A stretch of DNA of 34,928 nt from a virus, in IMG/VR virus record IMGVR_UViG_2773857672_000001, positions 1 to 34,928 of that record; one strand, 5' to 3'. The notes under the pieces were generated by a model, which did not search any database, was not told where the DNA came from, and saw only the letters and a program-made list of their open reading frames with translations. The position numbers and the translations under genes are program-made. Positions 1-6,381 of this stretch are shown one piece after another. Numbering within the stretch: position 1 is the stretch's first letter; every line of letters begins with the position of its first letter.

Positions 1-44
1 TTCCCAAGCTCATGACGAGGGTTCGATTCCCTTCGCCCGCTCCA
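1..44 (+). tRNA. 3' part (anticodon loop to CCA) of tRNA-Gly(CCC); the 5' part lies upstream of the window
   Basis: Anticodon loop TTCCCAA (CCC at 3-5), stem GCTCA, 4-nt variable loop. T-arm GAGGG-TTCGATT-CCCTT, acceptor CGCCCGC, discriminator T, CCA at 42-44. Almost identical to the remembered 3' half of E. coli glyU. Confidence 0.8.
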
Positions 45-48
45 GATT
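1..48. repeat. attL core (direct repeat copy 1)
   Basis: Identical to 34881-34928. The repeat length is truncated by the window edges. Confidence 0.9.
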
Positions 49-90
49 CCATGCGGCTTTCAGGGCTGCATCAGCGTTACGCGGAAGTGC

Positions 91-112
91 TGGGGGCCGT
101 TTTGGGGTCCGT
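91..112 (+). promoter_or_regulatory. Candidate integrase arm-type sites, attL arm (two tandem copies of TGGGG[G/T]CCGT)
   Basis: TGGGGGCCGT at 91-100 and TGGGGTCCGT at 103-112. The same two decamers recur in the same orientation next to int at 34727-34749. Confidence 0.55.
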
Positions 113-203
113 ATCTGTCCAAGTGGCAGAGAGGCTGTCAGAGCGTTAGAGAGTGACGGCGAGAGTCTCGGCCGTGAATCCCTCCCCCCGATAGCGAAGG
201 CAA

Positions 204-525
204 TTTTTCAGGTTGGCGAAAAAAGTAGGTTACTGAGGTTACTTTTTTTTCTAATCACCCTCTATCCCTTGCCAGACAAGGCTTCCAGCGGTTTAGCCAA
301 AAGTTTTTTTCAGGTTATTTGAGGTTATTAGTAACTTTCCAGACAGGTTACTTCCCTCCAGGCTGAAACCCCTGATCTAGAGCGGTTCCAGAAAAAGTAA
401 CCTCGGAAAAAACCTCAAGTAACCTCCCCCAGGTTACCGACGAAACCCAGCAACGACGCGGCCTGGAGCTCTGTCAAGCAACCCCTCTACCCTCGGTAAC
501 CTACTTTTTTCGTCGACCTGAAAAA
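204..525. repeat. 35-bp imperfect inverted repeats enclosing an array of AGGTTAC/GTAACCT heptamers and A/T tracts
   Basis: 204-238 versus the reverse complement of 491-525 gives 31/35 identity (core 217-238 versus 491-512 gives 21/22). Top-strand heptamers at 227, 236, 312, 322, 345, 431. Bottom-strand heptamers at 397, 419, 496. Confidence 0.8.
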
Positions 526-694
526 GTCCTCAAGCACTGATCGGCCTGGGACTGCATTCGGCCGTCTAGAAAAAGGCCGGTGGTGCAGGGATTCGCAGGG
601 TTTCTCAGGCCTGCTAATCCCCGTACAGCCCCAGTAGCGGCGCGGAACGGGCCTAGGTGCAGGGCTGCAGAAAAAGCGACACATTTAGCCCGCG

Positions 695-713
695 GGCGTG
701 GCGGGGGGACGAC
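695..713. other. Candidate cos (cohesive end) sequence
   Basis: GGCGTGGCGGGGGGACGAC. Its first 12 nt match the remembered 186 cos GGCGTGGCGGGGAAAGCAT (P2: GGCGAGGCGGGGAAAGCAC). The position between attP and the portal gene matches phiCTX-type layout. Confidence 0.45.
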
Positions 714-870
714 GGCGCGCGCTGAGACAGAGCCCGTCAGATCTCATCAGGCAAAACAATCGACGCTGGGGTGATTGCGCAAAGCTCAAGTTTCTAGCAA
801 TCTCGCCGTTAGAGGGTTAGCAACAGGCGATTAGACCAGATGTCAAGCCTACCCTGGATCAAAATCAGGC

Positions 871-898
871 TTGACTTCAGATTTGCTAGCCTTAGAAT
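871..898 (+). promoter_or_regulatory. Sigma70-like promoter of the cos-proximal moron
   Basis: TTGACT (871-876), 16-nt spacer, TAGAAT (893-898), about 65 nt upstream of the ATG at 964. An 8-bp inverted repeat TCAAGCCT/AGGCTTGA (843-850 / 867-874) overlaps the -35. Confidence 0.5.
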
Positions 899-963
899 TA
901 CGCGCCCTCAAAATATCGAACGATGTCGTCAGCGTAGCGGGATGGTCATCGGTGAGTAGCTGA

Positions 964-1515
964 ATGATCAAACACGAGCTCGTTGAGGAAATCAGTGAGG
1001 CCAAGGTCAGACCTATCTGCAACGACCTTGACTCTGCTGTAGAAGGTCAAGTGATCGTCATCGAGATGCCGTATAACGGAGGCGGTGAGGTGCAGGCTGC
1101 GATCGACTTGCTCGATAGCATCCTTGAAACGAAGGCTGAGGTTTGGATCGAGATCGATCGCTACGTGGCTAGCGCTGCAGCTTTCATCTACTGTTGGTTT
1201 TTCTTCAAACCGGTAGAGCACGTGCGGGTCCGGACGAAGGGTGAGCAGGCGCTGATCATCTATCACCGCCCTAGGATGTGCATCACTGAACACATAGCCT
1301 TCCTTGATGCTCTAAACCCAGGGGATGCCTACTACGAGTACCTCAAGCATCACACAGACCTGTTCGACAATCTGTTCGATGTGATCTTGAGTGAGTTTGG
1401 CTACCAAGAATCGAAAGGCGCTCCCTTTTCGCACAAAGGAAGCGAGTACACCCACCAGCTTCACCATATGAAGCTGGCCTATTACGCAAACCAGGACTGC
1501 GTTTTTCCTGCGTGA
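964..1515 (+). CDS. ClpP-fold (S14/S49-like) serine protease-like protein, moron gene 1
   Basis: 183-aa ORF with SD GGTGAG 7 nt upstream. IEMPYNGGGEVQAAIDLLDSI...YVASAAAFIYC...LIIYHRPRM aligns with ClpP INSPGGxVxAGxAIYDTM...GQAASMGAFLL...MIHQP, with the Ser and His positions kept. AT-richer than the phage backbone. Confidence 0.5.
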   Translation: MIKHELVEEISEAKVRPICNDLDSAVEGQVIVIEMPYNGGGEVQAAIDLLDSILETKAEVWIEIDRYVASAAAFIYCWFFFKPVEHVRVRTKGEQALIIYHRPRMCITEHIAFLDALNPGDAYYEYLKHHTDLFDNLFDVILSEFGYQESKGAPFSHKGSEYTHQLHHMKLAYYANQDCVFPA

Positions 1516-1526
1516 GGAGGCTGACC

Positions 1527-1685
1527 ATGCTGACGGTAGGACTGAAAGACATTGATACCAGCAAGATCCAGAAGCGCTCCCGAGAGGAGATGGTTGAGCG
1601 CTTCAAGCGATTCAATTGCGACGAGCAAAGGCTGAAGGCCGAATTCCACAAGAAGGGAATTCCAGAGCCTGTCGTTCTCGCCTAA
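1527..1685 (+). CDS. 52-aa highly charged small protein, moron gene 2 (not in the supplied ORF track)
   Basis: ATG at 1527 preceded by GAGGAGG (1514-1520). Translation: MLTVGLKDIDTSKIQKRSREEMVERFKRFNCDEQRLKAEFHKKGIPEPVVLA. TAA at 1683-1685 sits directly before a terminator. Confidence 0.6.
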   Translation: MLTVGLKDIDTSKIQKRSREEMVERFKRFNCDEQRLKAEFHKKGIPEPVVLA

Positions 1686-1694
1686 CAATAAAAA

Positions 1695-1720
1695 AGCCTG
1701 GCTTAGCCAGGCTTTTTTTT
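1695..1720. terminator. Bidirectional rho-independent terminator
   Basis: Stem AGCCTGGC/GCCAGGCT (1695-1702 / 1706-1713), an A-run before and a T8 run after. It lies between convergent genes (1527-1685 plus strand, 1726-2517 minus strand). Confidence 0.8.
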
Positions 1721-1725
1721 GCCTA

Positions 1726-2517
1726 TCAAAACAGTGAAAGCGGCTCCGCCGCTGTATCCCAGCTGAAGATCAGCACTTCCCCAGCCTTGCTGCCCTTGCC
1801 GCCGCCCACCGTGTAGTTGATCTCGGTCGCCTCGATCCGGAACGCCTTGAAGCACTCGCGGATGGCCGGGTGATCGTTGAGGCTGATGATCGCCTTGCCC
1901 TTTAGCTGACCCAGCATCCGGGCCATCTCCTCATACTGCTCGAAGCCGAAGGGCACGCCGTACCCTTCCGTCTCCCAGTAGGGCGGGTCCATGTAGAAGA
2001 GCGTGTGCTCCCGGTCGTATTTGCGCAGGCAGTCCTGCCAGGCCAGGTGCTCGACGTAGACGTCCGACAGCCGCAGGTGTGCAGCCGAAAGGGTCTCCTC
2101 GAGGCGCAGCAGGTTCAGGCCGGGCGGCGTGGTGGTGGCGGTGCCAAAGGTCTGGCCAGCGACCTTGCCGCCGAACGCGGACTGCTGCAGGTAGTAGAAG
2201 CGCGCGGCGCGCTGGATGTCGGTCAGCGTTTCCGGGTTCGTCATCTGCAGCCACTTGAAGACCTGGCGGGAGCTCAGTGCCCATTTGAACTGGCGGACGA
2301 ACTCCTCCAGGTGGTGCTGGACGACCCGGTAGAGATTGACCAGGTCGCCGTTGACATCGTTGAGGACCTCCACCTCAGCGGGTACCGGACGAAGGAAGAA
2401 CAGCGCGGCGCCCCCGGCGAAGGGTTCGACGTAGCAGCTGTGCCTGGGGAAGAGCGGGAAGATTCGGTCGGCGAGGCGGCGCTTGCCGCCCATCCATGGA
2501 ACGATAGGTGCGGACAT
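1726..2517 (-). CDS. dam: N6-adenine DNA methyltransferase (Dam / D12 class), orphan
   Basis: Start MSAPIVPWMGGKRRL with SD AGGAAA. Motifs EPFAGGAALF (AdoMet binding) and DPPY (catalytic). No adjacent restriction gene. The upstream 200 aa of the 463-aa track ORF overlap the portal gene and are an artefact. Confidence 0.85.
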   Translation of the reverse strand: MSAPIVPWMGGKRRLADRIFPLFPRHSCYVEPFAGGAALFFLRPVPAEVEVLNDVNGDLVNLYRVVQHHLEEFVRQFKWALSSRQVFKWLQMTNPETLTDIQRAARFYYLQQSAFGGKVAGQTFGTATTTPPGLNLLRLEETLSAAHLRLSDVYVEHLAWQDCLRKYDREHTLFYMDPPYWETEGYGVPFGFEQYEEMARMLGQLKGKAIISLNDHPAIRECFKAFRIEATEINYTVGGGKGSKAGEVLIFSWDTAAEPLSLF

Positions 2518-2525
2518 CGGTTTCC

Positions 2526-3542
2526 TTACTGTGGCAGTTGCGTGAGTTCGTATTGCCGGAAGCGGATCACCTCTTCCCCCAGCCATTCGTTGACCTGGGC
2601 CAGGCGAGCCTGCAGCGGCTCCAGCTCGTTGGCGGCGTAGACCAAGGCGGCATCGCGGATCGAGCCGAAGCCGCCGGCGTTCTGGGGCACGATCCCCATC
2701 AGCTGCGGCGGGATCCGCAGGCCGGCGAGCATGTCGTCGCGGGTGATGCCCTTGATCGAGTTGAATTCGTCCTTCGCAGCCACCTCGCTGACCGGGATCA
2801 GCTGGATGCCGTCTTTCTTGCCGCCCGGGGCATAGACGAAGAGGTTGCGGAAGTTGCCCGGCCCCTTGGACTGGCGCAGCGCGGTGCGGACGTTGTCTAT
2901 GTCCTCCTCCTTCTGCGCCGGGTCGGTCATGTAGAAGATGAAGCCGGCGTGACTGCCATTGTTGTAGTACTTCCGGCGGAACAGCGTGGCCGACTCGTTG
3001 AGCAGCGCGGACTGCATGGCCGCGAGCCACTCGGGCATGCCGTAGATCTCCTGGTTGATGTCGGCCTCGCGCAGGTGGCAGATGGTGCCCGGGGTGAATT
3101 CGTGCTCGTCTTGCCACCCGCGCACCTGGAAGAAGCGGTTGTCCTCGCCCCGGCGCATGTATTTGGCCAACGGCGGCTGCAGGCTGACCGGCGTGCCGAG
3201 GCGCGATTGGCGACGCTCCAAGTACGCATTGCCGGACCAGAGCCAGTCCAAGGCGAACTGCTCGAACGCCGCGCGGCTCAGCAGGCGATGCGGGATAAAG
3301 GTGCGGGCCAGCATGTTGCGCTTGAACTTGAGCCCGGAGTCCAGATAGACGCTAGCCCGCGTGGCCTTGGCCAAGCCGTCGAGCGATAGCGGCGGGTCGT
3401 AGTAGCGGCCGTTGAACCAGCATTCCAGGTAATCGAAGACCTCGCGGCCTTCCAGCACTGGCATGGGATCGCCGAAGGTGAAGGCCTCGACCGGGCCGGG
3501 CGCCGCGGTGGCCTGGACGGCCAGGCTGGTGGAATCGCTCAT
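2526..3542 (-). CDS. Q: Portal protein (P2 gpQ homologue)
   Basis: Synteny downstream of terminase large. The ATG overlaps the terminase stop (TGATG). The length of 338 aa is comparable with P2 gpQ. Confidence 0.85.
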   Translation of the reverse strand: MSDSTSLAVQATAAPGPVEAFTFGDPMPVLEGREVFDYLECWFNGRYYDPPLSLDGLAKATRASVYLDSGLKFKRNMLARTFIPHRLLSRAAFEQFALDWLWSGNAYLERRQSRLGTPVSLQPPLAKYMRRGEDNRFFQVRGWQDEHEFTPGTICHLREADINQEIYGMPEWLAAMQSALLNESATLFRRKYYNNGSHAGFIFYMTDPAQKEEDIDNVRTALRQSKGPGNFRNLFVYAPGGKKDGIQLIPVSEVAAKDEFNSIKGITRDDMLAGLRIPPQLMGIVPQNAGGFGSIRDAALVYAANELEPLQARLAQVNEWLGEEVIRFRQYELTQLPQ

Positions 3543-5353
3543 CAGTAGATCTCCATGACGCCGGTATTGCGGGCGGTCTGCCCTTCCAGCGGCTCGTTGT
3601 GCAGGGCATGAAAGAGGGCCCACGCGAGATCCGCGTGGCCGGTGGTGTCGTTGCGTCCGGCCGTGTAGGTGAACTGGCGGCCGCTGGCGGTGGTGGTCTT
3701 GCGAATGGCCATCAGCGACTGGGCGACGTCGGTCCAGCCGGCGTCAAATTCGAGCCGGCCGTTCTTGATTACGTCGTAGGCCTTGAGCACCAGGCGCGTC
3801 TTGACCTCGGGCGAGTAGCTGAAGGTGGTCAGGTTGGGAAAGAACTGGCGCACCAGCTGGGCCACGCCGCTGCCCATGCCGGTGACATCGATGCCGATAT
3901 AGGTCACCCAGTAGCGCTGGCAAACCTGGCGGATCGCCTCGGCCTGGGCGGCGAAGTCCATCCCGCGGAACTGGTGGCGCTCGAGCACGCGAAACTTGCC
4001 GCCCGGTACCAGGGGCGGTGCGACCACCACCAGGCCGGCGGTGTCGCCGGTCTCGGCGGGGTCATAGCCGACCCAGACCGGGCGCTCACCCAGCGGCCGG
4101 GCGGCGAAAGGTTTGTAGTCCTCGGCCCACTCGACCCAGCTGTCCACCATGCAGGGCTGCAGCATGGCGAGCGGGAAGATGCTCGCGCCGTCGTCGACGA
4201 ACTGGCACATGAGCAGGTTCTGGAAGGCCTCGGCCGAGTACTCGAGCTTGAGCTCCTCCAGGTCGAACAGGTCGCAGCCGCGGGACTCAGCGTCCAGGAT
4301 GGTGACGATCTGCCGCCAGATCCGGTCCTCGCAGAGCCGGCCCTCCTGCAGAGCCTCATGGGAGACGTCCAGCTTGAGGTGCTGGGCGACCGGCTTGCCC
4401 TTGTTGAAGCGCTCGCCGGTCCAGAAGGTGTAGGCCTCATGGGCCATGGAGCTGGGCGTCGAGAAGTAGGTCCGGCGGTATTGCTTCTGCATGGCCATGC
4501 CGCTGGCCACCTTGTTCAGCTCCTCGAAGCGGAAGGTCCAGAAGAATTCGTCGAAGTAGAAGTTGCCGTGGTAGCCCTGGGCGGTGCGGGCATTGGTGCC
4601 CAGGAAGTGCAGCTCGGCGCCGTTGGCGAGGACGATCGGATCCCCGGTCACATCGACGCCACAGACCTCCCGGGCGAAGGCCTGGATATACGCCTTGAAG
4701 ATATGCGCCTGGTTCTTGCTGGCCGACAGGAAAATCTGGTTGCGCCCGGTGATCAGCGCATCCAGGAAGGCCTCGCGAGCAAAGTAGTAGGTGGCGCCGA
4801 TCTGCCGGCTCTTGAGGATCGCCCGGGTCCGCTGCTGGCCGGCCCGGTACCAGTCGAGCTGGTAGCCGAAGCACTGGTCGCGGAAGGCGCTCTCAAGGGC
4901 CTCGATCTGCTCCTCGGTGAACTCGTTGCGTGCGGCCTTCTTCTTGGGTCCGGCATTGCGGTTGTCCAGCTTGGGATTGAGCTCGGCCTCGGTACCGCCG
5001 CCCTGGAAGCGCTGGATCCGCGCCTGGCGCTCCAGCTGGCGATGGAGCAGATCGATCTCCTTGAAGTCGCTGCCGGTCTTGCCGTCCTTGAGGATCAGCT
5101 GCACCAGGCGCGCCTCGAGGGCGCCGCCGATCCGCTCCACGTTGTCGGCCCGGTCCCATTCGTCCCTGGCCTTCCAGCTATGGACGGTCTTTTCCTTCTC
5201 CTCGATCGCCTCGGCGATCTCCGTCACCCGCCAGCCCATCCAATACAGATGCTTGGCGCGCCGACGCACGTCCATCAGCAGGTCAGTGGACGGGGCGGCC
5301 GCCGGCGTTTCGGCCGGGCTTGGCAGGGGCGAGGAATCGGATAGGCTTTTCAT
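3542..5353 (-). CDS. P: Terminase large (ATPase) subunit (P2 gpP homologue)
   Basis: 603 aa. ILKSRQIGATYYFAREA matches the remembered gpP Walker-like segment. Divergent from the scaffold gene as in P2. Confidence 0.9.
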   Translation of the reverse strand: MKSLSDSSPLPSPAETPAAAPSTDLLMDVRRRAKHLYWMGWRVTEIAEAIEEKEKTVHSWKARDEWDRADNVERIGGALEARLVQLILKDGKTGSDFKEIDLLHRQLERQARIQRFQGGGTEAELNPKLDNRNAGPKKKAARNEFTEEQIEALESAFRDQCFGYQLDWYRAGQQRTRAILKSRQIGATYYFAREAFLDALITGRNQIFLSASKNQAHIFKAYIQAFAREVCGVDVTGDPIVLANGAELHFLGTNARTAQGYHGNFYFDEFFWTFRFEELNKVASGMAMQKQYRRTYFSTPSSMAHEAYTFWTGERFNKGKPVAQHLKLDVSHEALQEGRLCEDRIWRQIVTILDAESRGCDLFDLEELKLEYSAEAFQNLLMCQFVDDGASIFPLAMLQPCMVDSWVEWAEDYKPFAARPLGERPVWVGYDPAETGDTAGLVVVAPPLVPGGKFRVLERHQFRGMDFAAQAEAIRQVCQRYWVTYIGIDVTGMGSGVAQLVRQFFPNLTTFSYSPEVKTRLVLKAYDVIKNGRLEFDAGWTDVAQSLMAIRKTTTASGRQFTYTAGRNDTTGHADLAWALFHALHNEPLEGQTARNTGVMEIY

Positions 5354-5400
5354 GGCCGCCAGACTGCCGCCCTGAACCCCTCCTCCATAGCGCGCGAACG

Positions 5401-5419
5401 TGTACCGCGCGCGCCTACA
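5401..5419. promoter_or_regulatory. Late-promoter activator dyad TGTA-N11-TACA in the P/O divergent region
   Basis: TGTACCGCGCGCGCCTACA. The same dyad type occurs upstream of V and FI. A (CG)5 tract lies 20 nt downstream (5440-5449). Confidence 0.55.
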
Positions 5420-5435
5420 AAACCCCCTCGTTGCT

Positions 5436-5453
5436 GGGACGCGCGCGCGTCCC
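5436..5453. promoter_or_regulatory. Perfect 18-bp palindrome GGGACGCGCGCGCGTCCC in the P/O intergenic region
   Basis: Self-complementary by direct reading. It contains the (CG)5 tract shared by the late promoters. Confidence 0.5.
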
Positions 5454-5507
5454 GACCATGCCCCTCATCGCCCAAGCACTCCCGCTAAGCCTCTGAGGAT
5501 CCCCGGC

Positions 5508-6353
5508 ATGGCCGACCCCAAGACCCCCAAACTCCGCTCTCCCTTCTTCCGTGTCGCCGTCGAAGGCGCCACCAGCGACGGCCGCCAGATTGAGCGCGCC
5601 TGGATCGAGCAGGCCGCGGCCAGCTACAACCCCAAGACCTACGGCGCCCGCATCTGGATGGAACACATCCGCAGCAGCGTGGCGGACAGCCCCTTCAAGG
5701 CCTACGGCGACGTGGTGGCAGTGAAGGCCGAAGAGGTCGAGATCAACGGCCAGAAGAAGCTGGCCCTCTTCGCCCAGATCGAGCCCACCGCCGACCTGGT
5801 GGCCCTGAATAAGGCCAAGCAGAAGATCTACACCTCGATCGAGATCTCGCCCAAGTTCGCCGACACCGGCGCCGCCTACCTGGTCGGCCTCGGCATCACC
5901 GACAGCCCGGCCAGCCTGGGTACCGACGTGCTGTCCTTCGCCGCGGCCAACCCCGCCGGCAACCCCTACGCCGGCCGCAAGCAGCACGCCGACAACCTCT
6001 TCACTGTGGCCGAAGAGACCGCCCTGACCTTCGCCGAGGTCGAGGACAAGCCCAGCCTGGGCGTGATGCTCCTGGCCAAGGTCACCGACTTGCTCAAGGG
6101 CAAGGAGGCACGCACCGAAGGCGAGTTCGCCCAGTTCGGCGCTGCCGTCACTGCAGTGGCTGAGCACGTCCGCGAGCAGGACGGCCGCTTCACCAACGCC
6201 GAAACCGCTCTCGCCGAGCTGGCGGGCAAGCATGCGCAGCTGCAGACCGACTTCACCGCCCTGCAGGTGCAGCTCAGCCAGACCCAAGACCCCAACCAGA
6301 CCAAACGCCCTCCGGTCACCGGCGGCGATGGCAAGACCCTGACCGACTGCTGA
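5508..6353 (+). CDS. O: Capsid scaffolding protein (P2 gpO homologue)
   Basis: Start MADPKTPKLRSPFFRVAVEGATSDGRQIE, typical of the GPO family, with SD GAGGA 8 nt upstream. The GTG-extended track ORF (5400) was rejected. Confidence 0.85.
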   Translation: MADPKTPKLRSPFFRVAVEGATSDGRQIERAWIEQAAASYNPKTYGARIWMEHIRSSVADSPFKAYGDVVAVKAEEVEINGQKKLALFAQIEPTADLVALNKAKQKIYTSIEISPKFADTGAAYLVGLGITDSPASLGTDVLSFAAANPAGNPYAGRKQHADNLFTVAEETALTFAEVEDKPSLGVMLLAKVTDLLKGKEARTEGEFAQFGAAVTAVAEHVREQDGRFTNAETALAELAGKHAQLQTDFTALQVQLSQTQDPNQTKRPPVTGGDGKTLTDC

Positions 6354-6381
6354 TCAGCCGTTCACTTTCCCGGAGAGATCC

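Noticed and set aside
1-48. att site derived from tmRNA (ssrA) rather than a tRNA
   Set aside because: The sequence ends CGCCCGC-T-CCA with a 5-bp T stem directly abutting the acceptor strand. It also contains a TTCCCAA anticodon loop. This fits tRNA-Gly(CCC) rather than the GCUCCACCA alanine-like end of tmRNA.
204-525. CRISPR array
   Set aside because: The repeat units are only 7 bp, irregularly spaced and in both orientations. There is no 25-40-bp repeat and spacer periodicity, and no cas genes are present.
487-774. ORFs 487..684 (minus strand) and 580..774 (plus strand) in the att-cos region
   Set aside because: They have no SD and an Arg/Pro-rich composition. They overlap each other and span the repeat array and the cos-like sequence. 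The region is better explained as cis-acting DNA.
946-1688. Minus-strand ORFs 946..1293, 1343..1651 and 1482..1688 opposite the moron genes
   Set aside because: They have no SD or promoter context. The plus-strand genes have a promoter, SD sequences, a terminator and, for gene 1, a recognisable fold signature.
2518-3117. N-terminal 200 aa of the 463-aa minus-strand ORF 1726..3117
   Set aside because: This part overlaps the portal gene in another frame and is Arg/Pro/Gly-rich with no motifs. The methylase motifs begin after the internal Met at 2517, which has its own SD. It is a high-GC read-through artefact.
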